Origin: Dehalococcoidia bacterium
Lineage (GTDB): Bacteria; Chloroflexota; Dehalococcoidia; Lucifugimonadales; SAR202-VII-2
Length of the DNA: 64,000 nt
Direction: 5' to 3'
NCBI GenBank assembly: GCA_965263165.1
Contig: OZ253584.1
Span: forward strand, 1,013,785 to 1,077,784
Shown: one piece after another, positions 48,999 through 58,703 of the stretch
Layout: the number at the start of each line of letters is the position of its first letter
Position numbering within the stretch: position 1 is the stretch's first letter
Position numbers and translations under genes: made by a program
The notes under the pieces: generated by a model
Databases searched by the model: none
Seen by the model: only the letters and a program-made list of their open reading frames with translations
What the model was told of the DNA's origin: nothing

Positions 48999-50607
48999 AT
49001 TCGGATCGTCCCGCTCCAAACCCCAACCGGGTCAGGTTGTCCTCGATGGCCGAGTCCAGCCGCTGCGCCTCGGCCTGCTGCTCCCGCCACTGGGCGGAGA
49101 GCCGGGCCATCTTCTCCTTGAAGGGTTCCCCGTCGTTCTCCTGCGGCGCCGCGCCGACATAGCGGCCGGGAGTGAGTACGTGGCCGTGCTTGCGGATGTC
49201 CTCCAACGAAGCGCTCTTGCAGAAGCCGGGAACGTCGGCGTACTCGCCCGGGCCATCCTCGCCGCGCCAGGCGTGGTACGTGTCGGCGATGCGGGCGATG
49301 TCGTCATCGGTCAATTCCCGGTGGGTGCGGTCCACCATGCGGCCCAGCCTGCGGGCGTCGATGAACAGCACCTCGCCCCGCCGGTCGCGGTGCTTGCCGC
49401 CTCTGCGGTCCCTGGCCACGAACCAAAGGCAAACGGGTATCTGCGTGGAGTAGAAGAGTTGGCCGGGCATGGCCACCATGCAGTCCACCAGGTCCGCCTC
49501 GATGAGGTTCTTCCGGATCTCGCCCTCGCCCGACTGGTTCGACGACATGGAGCCGTTAGCCAGGACGAAGCCGGCGGCGCCGCGCGGCGACAGGTGGTAG
49601 AGGAAGTGCTGCACCCAGGCGAAGTTGGCGTTGCCCGCGGGCGGGACGCCGTGCTGCCACCGCTTGTCGTCCCGCAGCCGCTCGCCGCCCCAGTCGGAGA
49701 CGTTGAAGGGGGGATTGGCGAGGATGTAGTCGGCCTTCAGGTCGGGGTGGCGGTCGTCATGGAAGCTGTCGCCGTGGGCAATGTTGCCCTCTATCCCGCG
49801 AAGCGCCAGATTCATCTTGGCCAGCTTCCAAGTGGTGTGGTTGGACTCCTGGCCCCAGATGGAGATGTCGCCTCTGGCCTTCCCGCCGTTGCCATTGCCG
49901 GTGGCGTGGGCATGGATGAACTCGATCGACTGGACGAACATGCCGGAGGAGCCGCAACAGGGGTCGTAGACGCGGCCCTGGTAGGGTTCCAACATCTCCA
50001 CCAAGAGCTTGACGACGCAACGCGGGGTGTAGAACTCGCCGCCCTTCTTGCCCTCGGCGCTGGCGAACTGGGAGAGGAAGTACTCATACACACGTCCCAG
50101 CACGTCTTTGGAGCGGGCTTCGGCGTCTCCAACTTGGATGTTCGTGATCAGGTCGATGAGCTGGCCGAGGCGGGTCTTGTCCAGGGCGGGCCGGGCGTAG
50201 TCCTTGGGCAGCACGTCCTTGAGCACCGGATTGTCCCGCTCGATGGCGGCCATGGCGTCGTCCACCAGCTGGCCGATGGTCGGCTGTCGAGCCTGGGCCT
50301 TGAGGTGCGGCCAGCGGGCCTCCGGCGGGACCCAGAAGATGTTCTCGCCGCGGTACTCGTCCATGTCCTCGGAGTCATACCCCTCCCCCGTCTTCGACTC
50401 CAGCCAGGCGTGCAACTCCTGAAAGGCGTCGGAGATGTACTTGAGGAAGATGAGGCCGAGGACGACGTGCTTGTACTCGGCGGCGTCCATGCTGCCCCGG
50501 AGGGCGTCGGCCATCCGCCAGAGCTCGGCCTCGTAGCCTGTCAGGGCGCCGCTGCTCGTTGCGGCGTCCGCGCCGGAGGCCGTCCGTCTCCGTGGCACAG
50601 TCGTCAT
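48985..50607 (-). CDS. hsdM: Type I R-M methyltransferase M subunit (m6A)
   Basis: [43 protein letters not shown]. Confidence 0.97.
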   Translation of the reverse strand: MTTVPRRRTASGADAATSSGALTGYEAELWRMADALRGSMDAAEYKHVVLGLIFLKYISDAFQELHAWLESKTGEGYDSEDMDEYRGENIFWVPPEARWPHLKAQARQPTIGQLVDDAMAAIERDNPVLKDVLPKDYARPALDKTRLGQLIDLITNIQVGDAEARSKDVLGRVYEYFLSQFASAEGKKGGEFYTPRCVVKLLVEMLEPYQGRVYDPCCGSSGMFVQSIEFIHAHATGNGNGGKARGDISIWGQESNHTTWKLAKMNLALRGIEGNIAHGDSFHDDRHPDLKADYILANPPFNVSDWGGERLRDDKRWQHGVPPAGNANFAWVQHFLYHLSPRGAAGFVLANGSMSSNQSGEGEIRKNLIEADLVDCMVAMPGQLFYSTQIPVCLWFVARDRRGGKHRDRRGEVLFIDARRLGRMVDRTHRELTDDDIARIADTYHAWRGEDGPGEYADVPGFCKSASLEDIRKHGHVLTPGRYVGAAPQENDGEPFKEKMARLSAQWREQQAEAQRLDSAIEDNLTRLGFGAGRSEYAQG

Positions 50608-50647
50608 GATGCCTCACCCCTTCGTTTGCTCTTGGAACGCCACCTGA

Positions 50648-50848
50648 CTACTTCGCGTAGGGCGTTCTTGCCCCCGGTCCGTATCCGTGGGGGACCACGA
50701 AGCCGGGGACGCCGCCGTACTCGACGGAGATCACCGCGGACTCGGCGGTCTTGTCGTGGCCGAGCAGGAAGAACGAGCCAATCGCCGTCTCCGCGCCACC
50801 GCCGCACCAGCATTCGCCGGTTGGGAGCAGGCGTTTGGTTGAAGCCAT
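50648..50848 (-). CDS. Small hypothetical protein with CWCG motif, probably degenerate
   Basis: MASTKRLLPTGECWCGGGAETAIGSFFLLGHDKTAESAVISVEYGGVP...HGYGPG; resembles a remembered CxCGCG...F..GHD small-protein family. Confidence 0.4.
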   Translation of the reverse strand: MASTKRLLPTGECWCGGGAETAIGSFFLLGHDKTAESAVISVEYGGVPGFVVPHGYGPGARTPYAK

Positions 50849-51175
50849 TCTCATATCTCCCGCAACGAGACTATTGGAATGCCCGTGGATACTGTTCAAG
50901 GATGCGTTCCTAGGCGCTTCCGAGTCAATGCGGAAGGGGAGTTAGATGCCCCGCGTCCCTCCGTATGGCCCTGCTCAGGGGTGTTATCACCCTTCTGCTC
51001 GCCGCTCGCAGCCGCTCTGACCAGAAATCCTTCAGCGCCTGCCCCAAGAATGGCTATGATACAATGGCCAGCAGCCACTACATTCGCCGTTTCCCTTGTT
51101 CACAATGGGAAGTTGGGCAAATGCCAACCACAGCAGACGACAGATGCGGCGTACCGAAGGAAAGAGGACGCTAAC

Positions 51176-51343
51176 TTGGCGCTCTCTGACCGACAGCTGC
51201 TCGATTCCCTCAGCCGGATGCCCTTCGCCGACTCGGCTGAGCCGGAAGGTGCCTCCGGCGAGCCGCATGCGACGATCCACCGTGGGCTGACCGGCCTGCT
51301 GGCCGACGGCATCGTCGGGCGCGTGAGCCACGGCGCCGCTCAC
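51176..51343 (+). pseudogene. Relic N-terminal winged-helix fragment, possibly of a replication-relaxation-type protein
   Basis: LSDRQLLDSLSRMPFADSAE...HATIHRGLTGLLADGIVGRVSHG, then loses coherence; family is from memory only. Confidence 0.3.
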
Positions 51344-51522
51344 CAAACCAGCCTCGAACTGTCGGACAGGGCCTCATTCGACAGCATCCCGTTACGGAAA
51401 GACGGGTCGCAGTCATATAATAGTCGAGCGGCACTCTTGGGAACCCCTATTCCCTTCAAGGAGTGGTAACAACTGTGGGAATACCAAGCATTTATGGCTG
51501 TATTCGTATAAGAGTATGACTT

Positions 51523-51538
51523 CCTCCAGCTCCACCAC
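51523..51538 (+). repeat. att core copy (right island junction)
   Basis: CCTCCAGCTCCACCAC, identical to the tRNA-Ala 3' end at 30814-30829. Confidence 0.85.
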
Positions 51539-51843
51539 GCTGGGCAGAATCAAGAACCTTCGTGTTGTGGCTCACCTTGGGTCTGTGACCTTGGGTCGCT
51601 CTTGCCCCATCAGGCGAGAGTCCGCCGCGGGCTAACGGGCCAGGCTCACCGCAGCCTCCCCCTGCGGCTTGGGTAGGCCGCCCGCCGCCGCTGCCCGCGG
51701 GGGATTAGCGCGAGAACCAGCCGCTGTCCCATCCAATACCCCTGCGCCAGCGTTTTGATTGTTAAGTCTTGCCTACTCTTGAATCCGCTTATGGTACCCT
51801 TGCCAGACGACCCCAATCATCGCGTATCGAGGGAGGAAACACA

Positions 51844-52281
51844 GTGAACTGCCCACGTTGCGATGTCGCTCTGAACGAACAATCCCATATGGGGATTGAG
51901 GTTGACCATTGCCCCGAGTGCAGGGGCCTCTGGCTGGACTTCCATGAAATGGACCAGCTTGAGGACCATGCCATGGATGACGACGAGCGCAAAGGGATGA
52001 CGGAGTACGCTCGCCGAGCGAGCGACATAGCTTGTCCCAAGTGCCACGAGGTCATGGAGACCTTTAACTACCGGGCCCACAACTTGGCCATTGACCACTG
52101 CAAGAACCAGCACGGCTATTGGCTGGACGAGGGCGAGGAGAAGAGGGTCCTGGAGCTGATGGAGCAGCGCGTCCAAGACCTGAAACGCTCCTCTTCCGCC
52201 GAGGAACAGTGGTCGAAATTCATGACGCGCGGTAAGCCCCGCTCGTTCCTATCCAAGGTCAAAGACCTGTTCAAGGGCTAA
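51844..52281 (+). CDS. Double zf-TFIIB zinc-ribbon protein
   Basis: From GTG: MNCPRCD...IEVDHCPECRGLWLD and CPKC...IDHCKNQHGYWLDEGE; RBS GGAGG. Confidence 0.85.
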   Translation: MNCPRCDVALNEQSHMGIEVDHCPECRGLWLDFHEMDQLEDHAMDDDERKGMTEYARRASDIACPKCHEVMETFNYRAHNLAIDHCKNQHGYWLDEGEEKRVLELMEQRVQDLKRSSSAEEQWSKFMTRGKPRSFLSKVKDLFKG

Positions 52282-52958
52282 TGCGGGAAGCCTCCCGCAT
52301 AGCGGCGTCCGCCACCACTGACCGTCCCGCCAGTTCGACCCCACCGGGGCGCCTCATTCACGCGGTGACCCCCCTTCCACACTTTCCTCCGAGTATAGGG
52401 GCGGGGACTGCGACGCCGGCGGGGCCGGTTATCCGTGACGCCGCTGCGGAGGTCCCGTTTGTGCGTAAAGGCGTGACTGCCAGTGAAGGAGCGGCGCCAG
52501 CGGCGTAGCTAATCCGGCACACCCGGGCGTCACAGTTGCCACGCCTCCGGCACGGTCCGCGACGCCTTTGTCCACTTTCCAGCCGGCCCCCGAAGCGAGG
52601 CGTCCCGTAGCCGGGACGTAGGCGTCGCGTAGCCGGGACCTTGCGTCATGCCAGGAGTGGGCCGCCAGGCCACTGCTCGATCATCTGCTCTCCCGCCTTC
52701 CATATACCCTATAAGCTGCAACTCGCGGCAACCCTGCTCAACGAAGGTGTGGGCCGCCAGCCCACTCGTTGACCCTACTCTAGCACAAATGTCCTTATTT
52801 TGCAAGAGGGGGGTGGCGTCGGGGGGCTGGTGCTGGGGAGCCCTCCTGGACAGCATCTACGATGCTATTGAGCGGGCGCGTGGGGAACGAGATAGGTTAC
52901 AATCGTTGAAAGCATCTGCCGCTGACGCACTGCTGACGGGGCGGGGGCGGGTGTCCAT

Positions 52959-54104
52959 ATGGCATTTGGGGAATTCCAGAATAAGATGTATCACATACAG
53001 ATTACACCTAAGGCTTATGAACCTCCCCACAAGCGGGCAGAATGGGAGTACGATCTTCCATTTGAAGAACTTGAGCAGCGCTTTCTCGTTCCCTATCGTA
53101 ACGCAAAGCCGATGGTCGTCAACGGCAGAGCGATTATGGCGGATGACATCTATCGTGTTAGAGTATACGAGAGTGAGCGAAAGATAGGGCATCTTGTCCA
53201 AAAATCAATGGACATGCTGACGGACGTCACAAAGCGATTCATCAGGGAACCTTCTGGCTATGGTGTGGACGAAAGCAACGCCGTTGTCCAGCAGGCTCAC
53301 TCAACTACGTCAATGCGAGTCTTCATTAGTCACAGCAGCAATGATGTTGGCGTAGCAAAACTTCTCATTGAGCTTCTGCGAAAGGCATTGCACCTTAGAA
53401 GTGACGAGATCCGATGTACCAGCGTCGACGGGTATCGCATGCATGCAGGCTCACCAACCGACGAAACGCTTCGGGCCGAAGTTCACGATGCGGAGTTGCT
53501 AATAGGTCTCATTACACCCGATTCGATGAGGTCTGTTTATGTGATTTTCGAGCTTGGTGCGCGCTGGGGGGTAGAGAAACCTATGATTCCCCTGCTCGCA
53601 TCGGGTGCAGCCCCAGAACATTTGGGAGGTCCGTTAGCTGGAATCAACTCGCTAGACGCCCGAGAAGGCGGTCAAGTTCATCAGCTTTTGGAGGAGGCCT
53701 CGAAGCATTTGAGTGTTGATCTTGATAAGCCATCAAGCTACACAGCCGCAGTTAACGAATTGGTGCAGAAGTCAGCCGAATTGGCAACCACTATCGAGCA
53801 ACAATCGTCCGCCACTGAGCCATTGCAACTCTCGAAGGAAGCGCGGGAACTTCTGGTTGAAGCAACAAGGGATGAAGGGAATAAGGGTATGATTCTTATG
53901 ACTGAGGCAATGGCGGGCTTGAGCATCAAGACAAACGACAAGAGTTTTGTGCAATTGGGTGATAGCAGATCAGAGGCTAAATGGAAGCAGGCTCTGGATG
54001 AACTCTATGGTCACGGTCTGGTAGAAGACGGGAACGGCACGGGAAGAGTTTTTAAGGTAACACATAGGGGATACGAATGTGCCGATGCTCTCGCCAGTCC
54101 ATAG
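52959..54104 (+). CDS. TIR-domain protein with extra N-terminal and C-terminal winged-helix-like domains
   Basis: RVFISHSS...LLIGLITPDSMRSVYVIFELGARWG (catalytic Glu retained); C-terminal KWKQALDELYGHGLV...FKVTHRGY. Confidence 0.82.
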   Translation: MAFGEFQNKMYHIQITPKAYEPPHKRAEWEYDLPFEELEQRFLVPYRNAKPMVVNGRAIMADDIYRVRVYESERKIGHLVQKSMDMLTDVTKRFIREPSGYGVDESNAVVQQAHSTTSMRVFISHSSNDVGVAKLLIELLRKALHLRSDEIRCTSVDGYRMHAGSPTDETLRAEVHDAELLIGLITPDSMRSVYVIFELGARWGVEKPMIPLLASGAAPEHLGGPLAGINSLDAREGGQVHQLLEEASKHLSVDLDKPSSYTAAVNELVQKSAELATTIEQQSSATEPLQLSKEARELLVEATRDEGNKGMILMTEAMAGLSIKTNDKSFVQLGDSRSEAKWKQALDELYGHGLVEDGNGTGRVFKVTHRGYECADALASP

Positions 54105-54149
54105 CTGTGGAATGTGGAATAGGAAAGTGTGTGTGGCCATGGCCACTCC

Positions 54150-54263
54150 TTCGAGCTGAACGAGTACCACCACGCTGAGCAGCCGGTCCGAGGGGTGCTG
54201 GAGCGACTAGGCTGGACGTGCGTTCCCCCGCGCGGCGCTGGCGAAGGCGGGGGAGGCGGCTGA
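54150..54263 (+). pseudogene. Relic of an HsdR-like N-terminus
   Basis: FELNEYHHAEQPVRGVLERLGW resembles the E..VEQ.A...LE.LGW start of HsdR (compare [18 protein letters not shown] in this window). Confidence 0.4.
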
Positions 54264-54434
54264 CTGTGACCGAGCGCCACAGGAAGAATGGGGTTAATGG
54301 CGGTGGGTGGGTTGCTTGCCGAGCGACGCGTTGCCGGGTGTACTGATGGCCCGGGAAGGGCCGCGTGCCGGTAGTGTAGTGGGGTCAGTGATCCTTGGGC
54401 CCATAGGCCCTGGCGAGGAGAGATCGGAGGTCGC

Positions 54435-55664
54435 ATGGCGATTCGGCTGATTGAAGAGGGATGGGATAAGGAATTCGCTGAGGCTCTGAGCGCCGACGCC
54501 AGCGAACTTCGGATCATCTGTCCGTTTATGAAAGTGAGCGTCCTTGAGAGTCTATTGGGGTATCGGCCTGACAGCGTTAAGGTTATCACCCGGTTCAACC
54601 TCCCGGACTTCGCCGAAGGCGTCAGCGATGTCGCCGCCTTGCGGAAGCTGGTCGATGCCGATGCCAAGGTTCGCGGCGTGCGCAACCTCCACGCCAAGCT
54701 GTATCTTTTCGGCGCTAGCAGGGCGATTATCACCTCTGCCAATCTTACCAAGGCTGCCCTTAGCCGGAACTATGAGTTCGGCATGGTTGCCGAGGATGCG
54801 ACGATCATCACGGACTGCCGGGCCTATTTCGATAGGCTATGGCAGCGTGCCGGTAACAACCTCCGGCGGGATCAGGTCGATGCGTGGGACGAGACGGTCA
54901 CCGCACATCGTTTACGGGGCGGCCGCCTCAACCAGACCGCCGGCCTAGGCGACTTTGGCGTCGATGTTGGCTTTGCCGATCTACCACCTGCTAGAGTGCC
55001 GACCGTCGTCGCCGATGCATCGCAGGCTTTCGTAAAACTCCTCGGTAAGGCCGACAACCGAATCCCGCTGTCATCCTGCATCATTGACGAACTTGAGAGA
55101 GGGGGTTGCCACTGGGCCGCATGCTATCCTAGGGATAGGCGGCCGAGGAGTGTCAGGAACGACGATGTTATCTTCATGGGTCGACTCACCCGGAACCCTA
55201 ATGACATCCGTATCTTCGGTCGCGCCATAGGAATGAAGTACGAGCTAGGAAGGGACGATGCGACAGCCGCAGATATCATACGGCGGCCCTGGAAGAAGGA
55301 TTGGCCGCGATATATCCGCGTACATCAAGCCGAGTTCGTCGCGGGTACGATGGAGAACGGCATCTCGCTTAACGAACTGATGGAAGCGTTCTCGGCAGAT
55401 TCATTCGCGTCTACACAACTTAATTTCGCCCGAGGTGAAGGTAACACCAATCCCCGGAGGGCATATTCACAGCAAGCCGCTGTCAAGCTTTCTGATGAAG
55501 GTCGCTCATGGCTTGACGAACGGCTTCAGGTGGCATTTGAAGCTCATGGCAAGATCACCCAAGACGCGCTCGATAAACTGGACTGGCCGGATCTGCCGAC
55601 ATTAACCTCGCAATTGACGTCGCCGATGACCAATGGTTCGAGACGTGGTAGTCCCGCCCCATGA
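54435..55664 (+). CDS. PLD-superfamily nuclease with an uncharacterised C-terminal domain
   Basis: IICPF, single HxK motif NLHAKLYLF followed by ITSANLT...NYEFG; separate C-terminal ~200 aa. Confidence 0.8.
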   Translation: MAIRLIEEGWDKEFAEALSADASELRIICPFMKVSVLESLLGYRPDSVKVITRFNLPDFAEGVSDVAALRKLVDADAKVRGVRNLHAKLYLFGASRAIITSANLTKAALSRNYEFGMVAEDATIITDCRAYFDRLWQRAGNNLRRDQVDAWDETVTAHRLRGGRLNQTAGLGDFGVDVGFADLPPARVPTVVADASQAFVKLLGKADNRIPLSSCIIDELERGGCHWAACYPRDRRPRSVRNDDVIFMGRLTRNPNDIRIFGRAIGMKYELGRDDATAADIIRRPWKKDWPRYIRVHQAEFVAGTMENGISLNELMEAFSADSFASTQLNFARGEGNTNPRRAYSQQAAVKLSDEGRSWLDERLQVAFEAHGKITQDALDKLDWPDLPTLTSQLTSPMTNGSRRGSPAP

Positions 55665-55926
55665 CGACACCCGCCGGTGATCTCCGCCACCTGGCTCCCA
55701 CGCTCACTGGGCCGCTTAGCCAACAAGTCTCGCCATACGATGACCTACACATCGTCCATCTCGTCCTCATCCCCTACTCATCTATATCGGCTGAGGTGAG
55801 CATGTTGGGACCGGGTCCAGGGCGGACGAACTCCCTGAGATGGCCTTTGGGAATACGACGCGGGTCCCACTTGCCCCTTAGGGATGGCAACCCAACAAAG
55901 GAAGACTTGGTCCACCAGTGACCTAG

Positions 55927-55972
55927 TGAGGCTTATAGGGGCGCTCATGTGCGAGCGCCCCTATAAGCCTCA
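55927..55972. repeat. Perfect 20-bp inverted repeat with 6-nt loop
   Basis: TGAGGCTTATAGGGGCGCTC-ATGTGC-GAGCGCCCCTATAAGCCTCA; no poly-T tail. Confidence 0.9.
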
Positions 55973-56046
55973 TCAAACTTGACGATAGACAGAACCATCT
56001 TCGAGATGTGGTTCGTCTTAGTAGGCTCGCCAAAGTCCACCCCCGC

Positions 56047-56150
56047 CGAGTACACCAGATTCTTCGTCAACAACGCTATCAGCCGGTACGAGACCCAGGG
56101 ACTCGACGCCACCCTCGCCTACTACAACCGGGAGGAGAGCATCGACGGCA
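56047..56150 (+). pseudogene. Fragment of a Cache-like sensor domain
   Basis: EYTRFFVNNAISRYETQGLDATLAYYNREESIDG, then unrelated sequence; family is from memory only. Confidence 0.3.
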
Positions 56151-56520
56151 GGCTTCGCTGGCGCGCCTTCAAGACTACCTCGTCGAACAACTGCTGGCCC
56201 ACTTGGCGCCCTTGACGTCCAGCACCGCAGCCGGTTCTTCGTGAACACCTTAGGACCGAAGCTGGGCTCCATTAGTTGCATGCCCAAGAACCAGCGGACC
56301 GGCAGGCTGTAGCCCAACTCCTCCCAGAAAGCTTGCTCCTCACCGAGAACAACGCAATCAGCGGCGACGCCTTCGAGGCAGTACGGTCTGCGGCATCGGT
56401 TTCTTCGATCGCGGCGCCAACATGGCGACTGGTACAATGCGTGCGGGCAGGTCACGTTGGCTGCAAGCAGAGCTATTCAGGGCGGCCTTGGAGCAAATCA
56501 GCAACTCATAGGGGAACTCA

Positions 56521-57444
56521 ATGGCGGACATTGTGAAGCGGACGCTGGGACGCACGGGTTACGAGGTCACAGCGTTGGCCTACGGCGCGATGGAGTTGCG
56601 GGGCGCGCCCCCCGGCCGCCCCATTGCCCCTGAGGAGGCCGGTCGCATCCTGAACGCGGTGCTGGACGGCGGCATCAACTTGATCGACACGTCCATTGAC
56701 TACGGTGTGAGCGAAGAGCTCATCGGCCGGCACATCTCCCACCGACGGAACGAGTACTTTCTGGCATCCAAGTGCGGCTGCTGGGCCACCGAGGGCGATG
56801 CGCCCTCGGATGCTGTGCTAACCGGCAGGCGCTTCCCCCACGTCTTCACCCGCGAGAATATCGTCAACGGCGTGGAGCAGAGCCTGCGCCGCATGAACAC
56901 GGACCACCTCGACCTCGTGCAGTTCCACGGCAGCCCGGCGGTGTCTGAGTTGGAACGGCACGGCGCCGTGGAGACGCTGCTGGACCTGCAGCGCGAGGGC
57001 AAGATCCGCTTCCTGGGCATGTCCGGCGCCCTGCCAAACCTGCCGGGCCACATCGACATGGGCGCGTTCGATGCCTTCCAGATCCCCTACTCGGCCGTTG
57101 AGCGTGAGCATGAAGACGCCATGGCGCAGGCGTGCGCGGCCGGCGCTGGAGTCATAGTGCGCGGCGGCGTCGCCAAGGGCGACCCCGACAGCGGCGGGCA
57201 CGGTGGCGACCGCTGGGCGCTGTGGGGAGAGGCCAACCTGAACGAACTGCTGGATGGCATGACCCGTACGCAGTTCATGCTCCGCTACACCATCTCCAAT
57301 CCCAGCATGCACACCACAATCGTGGGTACAGCGAGCATGGAGCACCTTGCGGACAACCTGCGGACGGCGGAGCGCGGCCCCCTGCCGCCAGACGTGTACG
57401 CGGAGGCGCAGCGGCGGCTGTCCACGGCTACGCAGTCGTCGTAG
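56521..57444 (+). CDS. Aldo/keto reductase
   Basis: KRTLGRTG, IDTSIDYGVSEELIG, LASKCG, SLRRMNTDHLDLVQFH. Confidence 0.94.
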   Translation: MADIVKRTLGRTGYEVTALAYGAMELRGAPPGRPIAPEEAGRILNAVLDGGINLIDTSIDYGVSEELIGRHISHRRNEYFLASKCGCWATEGDAPSDAVLTGRRFPHVFTRENIVNGVEQSLRRMNTDHLDLVQFHGSPAVSELERHGAVETLLDLQREGKIRFLGMSGALPNLPGHIDMGAFDAFQIPYSAVEREHEDAMAQACAAGAGVIVRGGVAKGDPDSGGHGGDRWALWGEANLNELLDGMTRTQFMLRYTISNPSMHTTIVGTASMEHLADNLRTAERGPLPPDVYAEAQRRLSTATQSS

Positions 57445-57558
57445 CACAGGTGGCGGTGGAGTCTCTTCACGACGCGCGCTCCAACCGCCCTCCCAAACTC
57501 AATGTGCTACCCCGAGTGGGAGAACTTGATTGCGTCGGGTGGTTCGAGAGCCATCCAG

Positions 57559-58005
57559 CTAGTCCCCAGGCGCTGCTAGCGTTTCCTGGAAGCAGCTAAA
57601 CATGCGGTCGGTCATGCCTTGGGCCACGCTGCCCATCATCCGTTGGCCCACCCGCGCCACAGCCCCACCGACCTGCGCTTCCCCCTCAACGGTGACCACC
57701 GTAACGTCTCCCTGCTCCGCCAGCGTCAACCGGGCCTCTCCGTTGGCGAACCCCAGCGGGCCGCTGGCTTCCAGAGTCATTCGGTAGGAAACGGGCTCCT
57801 GTAGGTCGTGGAGCGCGACCTTGGCGGTGTACTTGCTCCGAACAGGCCCCACCCGGATGTCCAACGCGGCCCGGTAGGAGTTGGGCCCAACGAGTTCCAG
57901 GCTATCCACCCCAGGCAGGCAGCCGGTCAACACCTGGGGGTCCATGAACTTGGCCCAAACCTCCGCCGCGGGAGCGTTGAATGGATAACTTCCCGAGATT
58001 TTCAT
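57559..58005 (-). CDS. coxG: CoxG family protein
   Basis: MKISGSYPFNAP...CLPG...VGGAVARVGQRMM; divergent from coxS. Confidence 0.9.
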   Translation of the reverse strand: MKISGSYPFNAPAAEVWAKFMDPQVLTGCLPGVDSLELVGPNSYRAALDIRVGPVRSKYTAKVALHDLQEPVSYRMTLEASGPLGFANGEARLTLAEQGDVTVVTVEGEAQVGGAVARVGQRMMGSVAQGMTDRMFSCFQETLAAPGD

Positions 58006-58228
58006 TCGCCCCCGGTCATTGCTGCTGTCGTTGCCTTGGGAGCCGCCCGCGGGATCGCGGATTCAGGGCAGGCTCCCGCCGTCCGCCATTATATCAGCCC
58101 CGCCGGCGAGTCCGTTGACGCAAAATCGGCCCAAAGCTATACTCGCCAAGCAATTCGCCCTCGACTTGCATCGTTGACCGAGTTGGACTCTCCCGCGAAC
58201 AGCAGGCAATGCTGGAGGAGGTTGCAGA

Positions 58229-58699
58229 GTGAAAGTCCCAATAAAGCTCACCGTCAATCAAAGAGTCTTCGAGGTGGAAGCGGAGCCCCGGACGCTGCTG
58301 GTTGACCTGCTCCGCGATGAGTTGGACCTGACCGGCGTCAAGATTGGCTGCGACACCAGCCAATGCGGGGCCTGCGTTGTTCGCATGAACGGCGCGACGG
58401 TCAAGTCCTGCACCTGCCTAGCAGTCCAGGCCGACGGGGCCGACATCACCACCGTCGAGGGACTGGCCCAAGATGGAGTGCTCCACCCAGTACAGGAAGC
58501 CTTCTGGAATAACCACGGGCTCCAGTGCGGCTTCTGCACCGCCGGCATGATGATGTCGGTGATCGAGCTGCTGGAGCGCAACCCCACCCCCACGGCTCAG
58601 GAAGTCCGCGACGGGTTGGAGGGCAATATCTGCCGCTGCACCGGTTATCAAAACATCGTCAAGGCTGCTCTGGCTGCATCCCAGGCCATGGGAGGATAG
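58229..58699 (+). CDS. coxS: 2Fe-2S small subunit of a CO dehydrogenase-like molybdoenzyme
   Basis: [27 protein letters not shown]. Confidence 0.95.
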   Translation: MKVPIKLTVNQRVFEVEAEPRTLLVDLLRDELDLTGVKIGCDTSQCGACVVRMNGATVKSCTCLAVQADGADITTVEGLAQDGVLHPVQEAFWNNHGLQCGFCTAGMMMSVIELLERNPTPTAQEVRDGLEGNICRCTGYQNIVKAALAASQAMGG

Positions 58700-58703
58700 C
58701 GCT

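Larger units (their letters stand above)
30814..51538. mobile_element. tRNA-Ala-integrated genomic island, ~20.7 kb
   Basis: Flanking 16-bp direct repeat of the tRNA 3' end, integrase next to the tRNA, IS/R-M/TA cargo, visibly lower-GC segments. Confidence 0.87.

Noticed and set aside
48835-50913. 692-aa plus-strand ORF
   Set aside because: Antisense shadow of hsdM and hicA.
52959-55664. Calling TIR plus PLD a Thoeris, CBASS or DISARM system
   Set aside because: No ThsA (SIR2/Macro), cyclase, or drm helicase/methylase genes are present; reported only as unassigned candidates.
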